A DNA stretch of 64,000 bases from a virus: IMG/VR virus record IMGVR_UViG_3300020416_000001, positions 1-64,000 of that record. One strand, given 5' to 3'. Positions 10,168 through 20,036 of the stretch are shown here, in pieces. The position numbers and the translations under genes are program-made. The notes beneath the pieces are model-generated. The model was not told the DNA's origin. It saw only the letters and a program-made list of their open reading frames with translations, and did no database searches. Within the stretch, counting starts at the first letter, position 1. Every line of letters begins with the position of its first letter.

Positions 10168-10968
10168 ATGAGTACACTTAAAGTAGCATCTATTAGAGAC
10201 CTGTCTGGCATTGGTGGTTTTACCCTCGCATCTGGTAATATCACTGCTAATGGTACGCTGACTGTTAGTAACATCACTATTAACGGAACTATTTCAGGTT
10301 CATCTAGTCAGATTGTGCCTAGTGTCTCAGGTCAAGCAGGTAAGTTTCTTACCACAAACGGATCATCAATGTCTTGGACAGATGTTAGTTCCGAAAATAT
10401 TTCATCATTACAAGTTTGGACAGGAAACGGTACTTGGAACAGACCAAGTGGTGTTAAATACATCCACGTTCGCTGTCAAGGTGGTGGAGGAGGAGGTGCA
10501 GGTCACGGAGAATCAGGCGGTGCAGGAGGTTATTCTGAACGTGTGATGAGTGTGGCAAACATTTCATCCGTTGGTATCACTATTGGTGGTGGCGGTGGAG
10601 GTACTTGGTACTTCAACCGTGGTGGAGACGGAGGATCATCTTCATTCGGTCCATATATGTCAGCAGGTGGAGGACACGGTGCTGCCAGAAACAACTCTCA
10701 CTCAGGTGGATTAGGACGAAACGGTTCTGGTGGAGACCTTAACATCTGGGGTGGTGGTGGACAGTCCCACGCTGCACACGGTGGAGGAACTGGAGGACCA
10801 TCTCACTTTGGAGGATCTGTTGCTGCAGGTTGGCCCAATGGAGGAAACTTCAGTCATAACCATCAAGATCACTCGGCATATGGTTCAGGTGGTTCAGGTG
10901 GTCACTTCCATAGTTTCCGTGGTTCAAACGGTAAGTATGGTGTTGTTACTGTTATCAACTACAAATAA
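10168..10968 (+). CDS. glycine-rich short tail fibre protein
   Basis: MSTLKVxxI N-terminus, 'GKFLTTNGS..SW' and 'GTWxRPSGV..I.V...GGGGGG' glycine-rich domain. Confidence 0.75.
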   Translation: MSTLKVASIRDLSGIGGFTLASGNITANGTLTVSNITINGTISGSSSQIVPSVSGQAGKFLTTNGSSMSWTDVSSENISSLQVWTGNGTWNRPSGVKYIHVRCQGGGGGGAGHGESGGAGGYSERVMSVANISSVGITIGGGGGGTWYFNRGGDGGSSSFGPYMSAGGGHGAARNNSHSGGLGRNGSGGDLNIWGGGGQSHAAHGGGTGGPSHFGGSVAAGWPNGGNFSHNHQDHSAYGSGGSGGHFHSFRGSNGKYGVVTVINYK

Positions 10969-10977
10969 GGGGACACG

Positions 10978-11496
10978 ATGAAAAAAGCATTGATGGATTT
11001 CACAGGGTATGTCGCTGACATCGTAGAACCAGGGGAGGAATATGCACTATTTCTTGGTCGTGGTTGTGCACAGATGTGGGTGAATGCACCCGATGATATT
11101 ACTAAGGTTTGGACTCTTGAGTGGTCACCCTCAGCAGAGGATATGATCTGGGTCAAGAGAGAAGAAACTTATGCAGACCCTGCAACTACTCGAAGAGTTG
11201 CATATGGTGAGGTGGGAGCACAATTAGATATGCTCTACAAAGACCTCGTAGCAGGTAGAGACTTAGCAGGTGCAGATGCACTATGGTTTAACCATATTAA
11301 GACAGTTAAAGACAATACAACTTCACCTTCTTCAGTAGAAGAACCAATGGATCCGTCGATGACGGAAGAGGAAGTTGCAGAGTTTATGTCTGATGCAGTC
11401 GAACCTTCAGTCAACAGACCTTGCAAGATCTCATCACAAGAACAACCTTGTTGGGAGAGATATTCTAACTGGGGAAGATCCTACGAAGAACTGTAA
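10978..11496 (+). CDS. probable tail fibre assembly/chaperone-like protein
   Basis: 'R..AY..V..QLDMLYxD....W..HI..VK' motif, commonly found after fibre genes. Confidence 0.55.
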   Translation: MKKALMDFTGYVADIVEPGEEYALFLGRGCAQMWVNAPDDITKVWTLEWSPSAEDMIWVKREETYADPATTRRVAYGEVGAQLDMLYKDLVAGRDLAGADALWFNHIKTVKDNTTSPSSVEEPMDPSMTEEEVAEFMSDAVEPSVNRPCKISSQEQPCWERYSNWGRSYEEL

Positions 11497-11502
11497 CTTG
11501 GT

Positions 11503-12999
11503 ATGAAATTTGATAATATCTGTATTGTCGGTGGTGGCAGTGCAGGGTGGATGACCGCTAGTGTACTAGCAAAACATTTTGGTGATGCAAAAGAAATTGT
11601 GTTGATCGAGTCACCTACGAAACCTAGAATCGGTGTAGGAGAAGCGACAACGCAATTTTTTAATACATTCGTACGGTATCTGGGTCTGGAGGATTCAGAC
11701 TGGATGCCTAAGTGTGATGCAACATATAAGCACAGCGTACGATTCGATAACTTTAATCCCAATGGTTCATTCCATTACCCATTTGGGGATATGAATGGAC
11801 CTGCATCGATTGCGGATTACTATACTTGGAGAAAGGGGAAACCCATCCACAGTATGACGTTTGGTATGATATACTCGGATGTAATACGGAGCGTAGAAAA
11901 GGGTAAAATCATCCCTGATCTCCTCAAATTTCGAGTTGGTTACCACTTCGATGCAATCTTATTCGCAGACTACCTTAAACACAACTATGCAATTCCGAGA
12001 GGCGTTAAACTCATTGAAGATACAGTCCACGAAGTTAAATCCTGCGTGGATGGGGTTAGCGGAGTTCGTCTTTCTAGTGGCGATTGGCACAACTATGACC
12101 TTTTTATAGATTGCACAGGGTTCGATGCTCTACTTACTAATGCAGTAGATAGTGAGTGGGAATCGTGGAATGATGAATTGGTATGCGACAGAGCAATAAC
12201 GACGAGATTAGAATATACAGATAAACAGGAACAACTGGTTGCACATACAAACTGCACAGGAATGAGCAGTGGATGGGTATGGAAAGCACCAACGTGGTCA
12301 AGAATTGGAACGGGTTATGTCTATTCATCCCGTCATCAAGACGAAGAGAGTGCACTAAAAGAGTTTCAGAAACACCTTGTAGATAGTAAAGGTATTTGTC
12401 CAAATTGTGTAGATAAACAGTATTACAAGAAACTAGCATTCCCTACAGGTGTAAGGAAGGAGATATGGAAAAAGAATGTGGTGTCTATAGGACTAGCAGC
12501 AGGTTTTATTGAACCTTTGGAATCAGGTGGGTTGTTCTCAGTTCACGAGTTCCTATTCAATTTAATCGGTGTGCTTCCTAAGAATAGAGATAACTACAAT
12601 GGTTTTATAAGAGAACAGTTCAACTGGGGTTCTAAGAGAAGACTGAAATCATTCAAGGATTTTGTATTGGCACACTATTGTTTGAGTCCTCGTGATGATA
12701 CACCATTCTGGAAACACTACAATCAAATGAATTTTGAGTCGGAGTTCCCTGATGTATTGACACAGAGATTCGAACAGATTCAAAATCTAAACTATTTGTC
12801 AGAGGGTGCTGTATATTTGCTAGGAGGATACGAATATGATATAATACCAGATAGGTTTGATATACTTGCAAATGAGCAAGGATACCAGATTCCTGAGTTT
12901 AACGATATGTTTGAGGATGCTCTAAAAAGGCAAGATCCAGACTATCCTACACCCTTAGAGTATTATCAATCTACCCTATATAAGACAGAAGATTCTTAG
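11503..12999 (+). CDS. flavin-dependent tryptophan-halogenase-family protein 1
   Basis: GGGSAG FAD motif, GVGEAT, catalytic-Lys region TYKHS, FIDCTGF, WVWKAP, FIEPLESGG. Confidence 0.9.
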   Translation: MKFDNICIVGGGSAGWMTASVLAKHFGDAKEIVLIESPTKPRIGVGEATTQFFNTFVRYLGLEDSDWMPKCDATYKHSVRFDNFNPNGSFHYPFGDMNGPASIADYYTWRKGKPIHSMTFGMIYSDVIRSVEKGKIIPDLLKFRVGYHFDAILFADYLKHNYAIPRGVKLIEDTVHEVKSCVDGVSGVRLSSGDWHNYDLFIDCTGFDALLTNAVDSEWESWNDELVCDRAITTRLEYTDKQEQLVAHTNCTGMSSGWVWKAPTWSRIGTGYVYSSRHQDEESALKEFQKHLVDSKGICPNCVDKQYYKKLAFPTGVRKEIWKKNVVSIGLAAGFIEPLESGGLFSVHEFLFNLIGVLPKNRDNYNGFIREQFNWGSKRRLKSFKDFVLAHYCLSPRDDTPFWKHYNQMNFESEFPDVLTQRFEQIQNLNYLSEGAVYLLGGYEYDIIPDRFDILANEQGYQIPEFNDMFEDALKRQDPDYPTPLEYYQSTLYKTEDS

Positions 13000-13001
13000 T
13001 T

Positions 13002-14657
13002 ATGCAAGTTAACAATGTTGTAGTGGTTGGCGGTGGGTCATCTGGATGGATGACAGCAGCAGCACTATTGAAATTATGCCCTTGGATTAGTGTTGTACTG
13101 GTCGAATCCAAAAAGCATAAACCAGTCGGAGTAGGAGAATCAACGCTCGGACAGTTTAACAAATATTTGCGTGCACTCGGTCTGAAAGATGAAGAGTGGA
13201 TGCCCAAAGTAGGAGCAACATTCAAGAACAGTATTCAGTTCACAGACTTCCGTGAAATTGGATCTAAGTTCCAGTATCCATTTGGACCTGCAGATTTATA
13301 TAATTGCAAGAACGATATTCAAGATTTCTTCGATCTTCAAAGATTATATCCTGATGAGTTCCCACCAGAATTGTTTGCGAAGTATTACTTGGCAGGCAAT
13401 ACTTGTATGGCAGAGCATAACAAGATGTGGGGCAATAAGGATGGTAGGATCAGAGATTTTGATTTTGCTAGTGATACTGCATACCATATTGATGCTGACA
13501 GATTTGCAGAATTCTTAAAGAATGACATATGTTATCCGTTTGCTTCACAGGATAGATTCACACATATCATTGGCGATGTGCGAGGTATGGTGAAGGATGT
13601 GATGGCAGGTGGATCACCCGCTCAGAGCAACAGAATCATCAAACAACTTGCAGTTAAACTATCAGAAGATAAGAAAACGGTAGGAGTACAGGGAGATCTA
13701 TTCATTGACTGCACAGGATTCAAGGGTGCACTCATTGAAGAAATGATGTCAGTAAGACATATCAGTTTCGAGAAGTATCTACCAAACAATAAAGCATTCT
13801 TTGCTCGCATTCCTTATTACTCACAGAGTGCAAGAAAGAAACTGATGCACAACGTGACAGACTGTCGTGGTGCTAATAGTGGTTGGATGTGGACTATTCC
13901 TCTGTGGGATAGGATCGGAGTTGGTTATTGTTGGTCTGATCGGTTCGCAATGGAAACCGAAGCAAGACAAGAATTCGAAATGTGGATTGATAATGAATTC
14001 CACTTAGAACCTGATGAGTATGAAATCAAGACTATTGATATTAAGCACGGATATAGAGAAAAAGCGTGGGAGTTGAATTGTGTAGCAATCGGGATGTCAT
14101 ATGGATTCATTGAACCCTTGGAATCCACAGGTCTATTGACAACACACGAGAATATCCTTAGACTGGTTGATGTCTTAAATCGACGTCAGGGTTATGTGTC
14201 AGGTATTGAGCGACAATGGTTCAATTACGCTGCACAACGTGAAGTCATTGGATTCAGTCATTTTGTAGCAATGCACTATGCATTAAGCAAGAGAACTGAC
14301 AATCCATATTGGAGACACGCATCACAACGATGTGAGTATATGCTCGAACAGTTCGATGGCAACATCAAAACTAATGATGAGTATGAGAGGATGGGAGATA
14401 TTCTGGATCTTGGAAGACCACTCAGAGCAAACATTGCAGGTATGAACTTCATCGCTGCAGGTATGGGATTGAGATTGGGAACTAGATTCAATGGATATGG
14501 AGACGTCGAAGAACTCACACATATTGGAAATGAGCGTCTAGACTATATCAAAGATGTGGAGGAATTCATCAAGTCAGATGAAGTGCCTACACATTATGAA
14601 TTCTTATTGAAACACATTTATGGTGGTGAAGACAATGTTGAATGCCCTGAGGAATAA
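13002..14657 (+). CDS. flavin-dependent tryptophan-halogenase-family protein 2
   Basis: GGGSSG, GVGEST, TFKNS, FIDCTGF, WMWTIP, FIEPLESTG. Confidence 0.9.
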   Translation: MQVNNVVVVGGGSSGWMTAAALLKLCPWISVVLVESKKHKPVGVGESTLGQFNKYLRALGLKDEEWMPKVGATFKNSIQFTDFREIGSKFQYPFGPADLYNCKNDIQDFFDLQRLYPDEFPPELFAKYYLAGNTCMAEHNKMWGNKDGRIRDFDFASDTAYHIDADRFAEFLKNDICYPFASQDRFTHIIGDVRGMVKDVMAGGSPAQSNRIIKQLAVKLSEDKKTVGVQGDLFIDCTGFKGALIEEMMSVRHISFEKYLPNNKAFFARIPYYSQSARKKLMHNVTDCRGANSGWMWTIPLWDRIGVGYCWSDRFAMETEARQEFEMWIDNEFHLEPDEYEIKTIDIKHGYREKAWELNCVAIGMSYGFIEPLESTGLLTTHENILRLVDVLNRRQGYVSGIERQWFNYAAQREVIGFSHFVAMHYALSKRTDNPYWRHASQRCEYMLEQFDGNIKTNDEYERMGDILDLGRPLRANIAGMNFIAAGMGLRLGTRFNGYGDVEELTHIGNERLDYIKDVEEFIKSDEVPTHYEFLLKHIYGGEDNVECPEE

Positions 14658-15426
14658 GTTTAGACCGAAGAAACCTTGGTTGCGTTTCTTCTCTCTAGAA
14701 CCTGGGTTGGTCGAAAACTATCCACTTATACCTACATCACAGGTAAAACGTAGATGGTTAACGAAAGAAAGCAGGGAAGCAAAATGTCCTTTTAGGGGCA
14801 GTATGAATGTTGCAAATTGCCCAGGTCTGAAACAGATCACTCGTATGGGTTATGTTGTAGTCGCACCAATGGATTTCATCATCCGTACAAACGGCGATGG
14901 AGTTGGTTACGAGTATGAAATACCCACAATGTTCACTAGGCACGCTAACTTTATTGGAGATCATTCTCCAGATCAGGTAGTTCCTTTGGTGGATAGTCCA
15001 CGCGAGTCACTTGCTCACATCATTAAATTGGAAACACCTTGGAGAGTAAGATCAAGTGATGATCTTATTTTCTTACAAACACCCGTGTACTGGAACAATG
15101 AGTCCCGTTTCGAAGCGACTGCAGGGATCTATGATCCACGTTTCGCTATGCAAGTTAACGTGCAACTTATTTGGCACGTCTTGGACGGTGAAACTCTTGT
15201 AAAGGCAGGGACACCACTAGCACAGTTTATACCAGTACCTCGTTACACACTTGAAAAAAGTTGGTACGATATGCGTATAGATAATGCAACAGATAAAGAC
15301 TGGGATCTCGAAAACGCTTTTAACTATTCACTTAAAGCGGAGTATCCGAACGATGACAGCGTTACTCGCAAGGTCGGTCGTGCAGTTAAAACAATTAAAC
15401 ACCACAGCAACGGAGTTGATCGATGA
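14635..15426 (+). CDS. hypothetical protein (CP...GY.V..P.DF...KAGTPLAQ family)
   Basis: Long ORF; start at 14620 or 14635. Related to the ORF at 16448. Confidence 0.7.
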   Translation: MLNALRNKFRPKKPWLRFFSLEPGLVENYPLIPTSQVKRRWLTKESREAKCPFRGSMNVANCPGLKQITRMGYVVVAPMDFIIRTNGDGVGYEYEIPTMFTRHANFIGDHSPDQVVPLVDSPRESLAHIIKLETPWRVRSSDDLIFLQTPVYWNNESRFEATAGIYDPRFAMQVNVQLIWHVLDGETLVKAGTPLAQFIPVPRYTLEKSWYDMRIDNATDKDWDLENAFNYSLKAEYPNDDSVTRKVGRAVKTIKHHSNGVDR

Positions 15427-15749
15427 GTATTACCCTTGATGCATTGATTCAAAACTTCCACTTACAAAAAGAGGAAGTTGAAAAGATCATCACTAAGTAT
15501 GATGAGGATTTCGCAAACAAGAAACTAAATCCTTATGGAGTTACCACTATTGAGTTTCAAAAGAGATCTGATGCATATGCACAGAAATCAAGATTGGAGG
15601 GTGCTATTGATGCTCTCTTTATTGTGAAACGAGATATTATGGGAGACGATACCGATGTGAATATCCCGATGGCAGAATTGGATGCCGTGGATACTGAAAT
15701 GGAAATTATCGGAAATGTATCGGAGGAAAACGAAACGGAGGAAGAATGA
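15423..15749 (+). CDS. hypothetical acidic coiled-coil protein
   Basis: 108 aa, ATGA overlaps on both sides; shares an 'RLEG' helix with ORF 87-314. Confidence 0.7.
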   Translation: MSITLDALIQNFHLQKEEVEKIITKYDEDFANKKLNPYGVTTIEFQKRSDAYAQKSRLEGAIDALFIVKRDIMGDDTDVNIPMAELDAVDTEMEIIGNVSEENETEEE

Positions 15750-15925
15750 CACTCACTAACGACACATACCACATATACTACGATGGTAAGGTTCTATTCA
15801 AAAACCTAGATCAAGAAGAGTTTGATGTTGTATGGGGTCGTATCTATCGGTCGTATCATATGGACAAGATTGAATATGTGAAATGCGACAACGATGATCT
15901 AACTGGTGTCGAACAAAGTTACTGA
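15746..15925 (+). CDS. small hypothetical protein (59 aa, not in ORF track)
   Basis: MTLTNDTYHIYYDGKVLFKNLDQEEF...EQSY*; fills the gap exactly and overlaps neighbouring start/stop codons. Confidence 0.7.
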   Translation: MTLTNDTYHIYYDGKVLFKNLDQEEFDVVWGRIYRSYHMDKIEYVKCDNDDLTGVEQSY

Positions 15926-16458
15926 TGAGAATTATTCGTAATGTTATCTCACCTGTATATCAGATGAGAATAAAGCAAATGATGGAGGATGTGGGATTTC
16001 CTTGGGGATACCTAAAGGATGTTACCTATCGAGATACAGATGAAGTTAAGAACAGATTTCCACAGGCAACAGGAACTTCTGGTTTTGCTCATCTGTTTTA
16101 TGATGCAGAGACAAACACATCGTCGGAGTATGTAAATATAATTCTACCGTTGTTGTTCTCCTTCCTAGATACAACAGAGTATAATTTGTTTCGTATTAAA
16201 GGTGGTCTCCTGTTACCAACAAACACAGGATATAATATGCCACACATTGATATGAACAGACCACATACAACGGCACTATATTATGTGAACACGAGTGATG
16301 GTGACACCGTGTTTTTCGATGAAACAAACAACATCATTAAGACAGTCAAACCCGAACAGGGTAAAGTCGTTATTTTTGATGGTTCTATCTACCACGCATC
16401 GAGTTGCCCTACCACCGCTACAAATAGAATGACACTAAATTTTAATTATGACTATTGA
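15925..16458 (+). CDS. 2OG-Fe(II) oxygenase
   Basis: PHID (HxD), YYVNxSDGDT, YHASS, RMTLNFN. Confidence 0.85.
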   Translation: MRIIRNVISPVYQMRIKQMMEDVGFPWGYLKDVTYRDTDEVKNRFPQATGTSGFAHLFYDAETNTSSEYVNIILPLLFSFLDTTEYNLFRIKGGLLLPTNTGYNMPHIDMNRPHTTALYYVNTSDGDTVFFDETNNIIKTVKPEQGKVVIFDGSIYHASSCPTTATNRMTLNFNYDY

Positions 16459-17164
16459 AGTATTTTACTATCAATACGACGGCGGTCAAGACATCCTAAA
16501 CTGTTGGGATTCTCCTCTTAGTCTCGAAGGTATTGGCATCGAACCAAAGAAAGTGATCGATGAATTCGAGGGAGAGAAATTCGTACCATATATGCAATGC
16601 CCCGCGTGGACTCACAAGAACACACGAGAGTTTGTGATGTACAGTCCAAAAGACTTGACATTCAAAATTCACGACGAGGGATATGTAACAGTAAAAGAAC
16701 TGAACGATCAGCAAATCCAGAAATATCTAAAGGTCGAAGATCTAGAACCACCTATCAAAACTCTACAGGTATCAGTCCCACAGTTGTTAGTGTGGACAAA
16801 AGCAAAAGGTGTATGGGTCGAAGCACGAGACTACCCCTTGACAAGCAGAAATAATAACTTTACACTAGTAAACGGTTGGTTTAATCTATCCGATTGGTGC
16901 AGACCTATCTCATTTGGTATTAACGTCGTTGATAGCAAGGAAGATGTCAAGATTAAACGTGGCGATCCAATTTATAAATTTGCCTTCTATAAAGAAGGAG
17001 ACCTTACAGAATCGTTTAAGTTAACCAAAGCAGCACCACCACAGGAAATGTTACTGCAAATGCATAAACGTTTGTCAGTTAAACAGTTCACACCATTTCT
17101 TGCTAAAGATATTATCTTTGGTGAAAGAGATAAAAAATGTCCTTTTAGGTGGTTTAGAAAATGA
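16448..17164 (+). CDS. hypothetical protein (paralogue-like of 14635)
   Basis: CPAW...SPKDL...IKRGDPI and C-terminal KCPF. Confidence 0.7.
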   Translation: MTIEVFYYQYDGGQDILNCWDSPLSLEGIGIEPKKVIDEFEGEKFVPYMQCPAWTHKNTREFVMYSPKDLTFKIHDEGYVTVKELNDQQIQKYLKVEDLEPPIKTLQVSVPQLLVWTKAKGVWVEARDYPLTSRNNNFTLVNGWFNLSDWCRPISFGINVVDSKEDVKIKRGDPIYKFAFYKEGDLTESFKLTKAAPPQEMLLQMHKRLSVKQFTPFLAKDIIFGERDKKCPFRWFRK

Positions 17165-17820
17165 GTGAATATATCCCTACTATCGTTGTAGATAACTTTT
17201 TCGAGACACCATCCGCAATCGTAAAATTAGCACAACAGCAAGAATATTTTAGGTGTTACGATCATCCCAATAAGGGGAATTGGCCTGGGAAGAGGTCAGT
17301 TTTACTTGATAAATTAGACCCTATCTTGCACGAAATTATATGTCGCAAAGTTAAATCACATCTACCACAGTTTGTAGGATTTGATATTGCTGACGTTGCA
17401 TTTCATATATGTGATGGTAAGAACAAACGTGGATGGATACACGCTGACCCACCACACTTAGGTGTGGGGATGGTTATCTATTTGAATGATGGTAGAGTTG
17501 CAGACCGTGGGACAACAATTTATGATGTGCCACCAGATTTTGCAGGTCAAGGATTCGAAGAAGAGTTCAAGAAACAGTTACTTGCTCAGGATGATGAGGA
17601 AGCAGCAGGGGCATACGAGAAATATAAAGAGGAGTGCAATGAAATGTATCAAGCATCAATATCTGTTGAGTCTAGGTACAATCGTTGCTTAATCTTTGAT
17701 GGTAGAAAATACCACGGTGGTATGGATTTCTTCGGAAATGATGTACACGATTCTCGCCTAACTATTGTTGGGTTCTTTCACGGTATTGCCACCGACCCAC
17801 TTGACAACCCACCACAATAA
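17161..17820 (+). CDS. 2OG-Fe(II) oxygenase-like protein
   Basis: VVDNFF, WPGxRS, GWIHAD, IYLN, YNRxLIFDGxxYH, RLT. Confidence 0.8.
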   Translation: MSEYIPTIVVDNFFETPSAIVKLAQQQEYFRCYDHPNKGNWPGKRSVLLDKLDPILHEIICRKVKSHLPQFVGFDIADVAFHICDGKNKRGWIHADPPHLGVGMVIYLNDGRVADRGTTIYDVPPDFAGQGFEEEFKKQLLAQDDEEAAGAYEKYKEECNEMYQASISVESRYNRCLIFDGRKYHGGMDFFGNDVHDSRLTIVGFFHGIATDPLDNPPQ

Positions 17821-17821
17821 T

Positions 17822-18475
17822 ATGCAAGTGATTATTACAGAACAAACGGAGGAATTCGCAAACGGTAAACTTTGGCGAATTCGTAATGCTTTACCTAAGG
17901 AAACTTGTGAACATTTGAAACACGAATTCCTTATGATTAAAGACATAATTGAAGCAACAACAACTGGACCAACTAGTGATCCCATAATGCCTGGGGCATT
18001 TGCAATGTACAGTCCTGTATGTTTTGAAGCAATGGGTCAGGTAATTAAACCACAAGTTGAACAGACTGTTGGTTGTAAATTATGGCAGACATTTTCATAT
18101 GCCAGAGTATATACTAAAGGCACTAATTTGGTAAGGCACAGAGATAGAACAAGTGGGGAATGGGTTGGCAATATATGTGTAACAAGAGACGATACTAATT
18201 GGCCCTTTTACATCGAAATTGAGGGAAAATCCTATGACCTACTGATGAATCAGGGGGATATGATTATATTCAGAGGACATAAGGATTTCCATTGGAGACC
18301 AAAATATACTGGAGAATTGCAAGTACAAGCATTCGTCTCTTATGTCGATCAAGAGGGTAGATACGCAGATAATAAATGGGACGGACGTCCGATGTTGGCA
18401 GCACCTTGGGAAACCGCGAGTCAGAAAATACAGAATGAACAGTCAATGATTAACACATCGCCTTATTACACCTGA
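17822..18475 (+). CDS. 2OG-Fe(II) oxygenase
   Basis: SYARVY, RHRD, GDxIIFxG...HWR. ATG 17822 is preferred over TTG 17765. Confidence 0.8.
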   Translation: MQVIITEQTEEFANGKLWRIRNALPKETCEHLKHEFLMIKDIIEATTTGPTSDPIMPGAFAMYSPVCFEAMGQVIKPQVEQTVGCKLWQTFSYARVYTKGTNLVRHRDRTSGEWVGNICVTRDDTNWPFYIEIEGKSYDLLMNQGDMIIFRGHKDFHWRPKYTGELQVQAFVSYVDQEGRYADNKWDGRPMLAAPWETASQKIQNEQSMINTSPYYT

Positions 18476-19164
18476 TGAAACTGACAGTCAACAATCCATT
18501 TGACACAGCATATAAAAAACTGGATGATGTTATCGTATTCGAGGATATTATCCCACCAGTCTATCAAGATTGGTTGCTGTTATGTGCAGAGAATCCTGAT
18601 CTTGCTTGGTATCGTAAAGACAAGGCGATCACGGACATCCCTGACTTTATAGATGACCCTCGCAATGGGTTCGCTAACCTACATTATTTGTATGAGATTG
18701 AGTATGCTGATAAAGCACATTGCTCAACACTCACAAATGGTTTTATGCCACTTGCATTGCAGTTCCGTGAAGCATTGAAGGCAGAATGTTTATTGCGTAT
18801 GCGTATCAATGCAGTCCCTGCGATGGGAAGCAATCAGGTACAAATGCCACACATTGACAGTTACGTCCCGAACTCTTGGAATATCATTTACTATCTAAAT
18901 GACACCGATGGGGATACAATCATCTACAATGAGAGGACTCAGGATGCCTTTGAGTACCCTGCAATGGTCTCGAAGGATGTCTGGACTATAAAGCAACGTA
19001 TCGCCCCTAAGAAGGGCAGAGCGGTTGCATTCAAGGGCGATCTGTTCCACAGTTCATCCTATCCGACTAATAATTCAAGATTAGTAGTCAATATAAATGT
19101 GAGTGAGAAGACACCCACAGACCCCCGAACTTCATACAATCCTAACTATGGCAACATTAATTAA
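18475..19164 (+). CDS. 2OG-Fe(II) oxygenase
   Basis: PHID, YYLNDTDGDT, PKKGRAVxFxG..FHSS, RLVVNIN. Confidence 0.85.
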   Translation: MKLTVNNPFDTAYKKLDDVIVFEDIIPPVYQDWLLLCAENPDLAWYRKDKAITDIPDFIDDPRNGFANLHYLYEIEYADKAHCSTLTNGFMPLALQFREALKAECLLRMRINAVPAMGSNQVQMPHIDSYVPNSWNIIYYLNDTDGDTIIYNERTQDAFEYPAMVSKDVWTIKQRIAPKKGRAVAFKGDLFHSSSYPTNNSRLVVNINVSEKTPTDPRTSYNPNYGNIN

Positions 19165-19822
19165 AAAAGGTGATGACTGGTCACTATGGAGATCACCTTG
19201 CATCGTCCACGAAAAGGACGAAATGGTCACACAACTGGGTAGAGCGTATCGTCTATTCAAAAATACCTTTACAGGTTTCGATTCATCGCTGACTGACAAT
19301 GGTCTAACGTTGGGAAATCTTCCTAGTCTATTCAATTATGAAGAGAAACGCAAGGAAGACGAGGAATTTATTAGAAATATGGGGAAAGAGCAACATTCGG
19401 GGTACAGATTTTACAACATATTTGCATTAACCTCGCCTAGTCCGCTATTCTGGTTATTGTACAGAGATCTTACTACTGTAGTCCGAACCACCTTAGGAAC
19501 TGATGAACCACTATGGTTTCAATGTTGGATGAATCATCACAACCCTAATCAAGTCTTAAGATGGCACGACCACAAGTTTGATTATCACGGTTATATTAGT
19601 ATTGAACCGCACAATACTACAACCGAGTTCAGACAAGACGGACAACCACTTTATAATATAAAGAATGAAGTGGGGAATATCTACTTTGGGCCTGGGTGGG
19701 ACAGACAGCATCAAGTTGTAGTCCACGAGGAATTTGAAACACCTCGTATAACATTAGGGTTCGATATTCAAACAACGTCCGATCTTCCTGACGATCAGTT
19801 CTCGCTTATTCCACTATTGTAA
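19148..19822 (+). CDS. 2OG-Fe(II) oxygenase-like protein
   Basis: WMNxH, WHDH, HQV, RITLGFD; ATG at 19148. Confidence 0.75.
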   Translation: MATLIKKGDDWSLWRSPCIVHEKDEMVTQLGRAYRLFKNTFTGFDSSLTDNGLTLGNLPSLFNYEEKRKEDEEFIRNMGKEQHSGYRFYNIFALTSPSPLFWLLYRDLTTVVRTTLGTDEPLWFQCWMNHHNPNQVLRWHDHKFDYHGYISIEPHNTTTEFRQDGQPLYNIKNEVGNIYFGPGWDRQHQVVVHEEFETPRITLGFDIQTTSDLPDDQFSLIPLL

Positions 19823-19850
19823 ATAGTGTTATCATTCGCTTGGGGGAGCG

Positions 19851-20036
19851 ATGTTCTTAAAATCCAGAATGCTAAACGACACGCAACAATCAGTATTAAG
19901 AAAGGCACTATTGTTGTATATTTCTTCATCACACAGGAGAAGACACAACGGTCAGATTAGTGAAGAGACTCTACAGTCATCACTATCAGAAGTTGATGCC
20001 ATTGCAGAAATACTGCATCTTAAGCACGTCGAATGA
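19851..20036 (+). CDS. hypothetical protein
   Basis: 61-aa ORF with TAAATA upstream (~19820). Confidence 0.6.
   Translation: MFLKSRMLNDTQQSVLRKALLLYISSSHRRRHNGQISEETLQSSLSEVDAIAEILHLKHVE

Noticed and set aside
855-11496. Diversity-generating retroelement or invertible fibre segment
   Set aside because: No reverse transcriptase, invertase or template/variable repeat pair was seen in the window.
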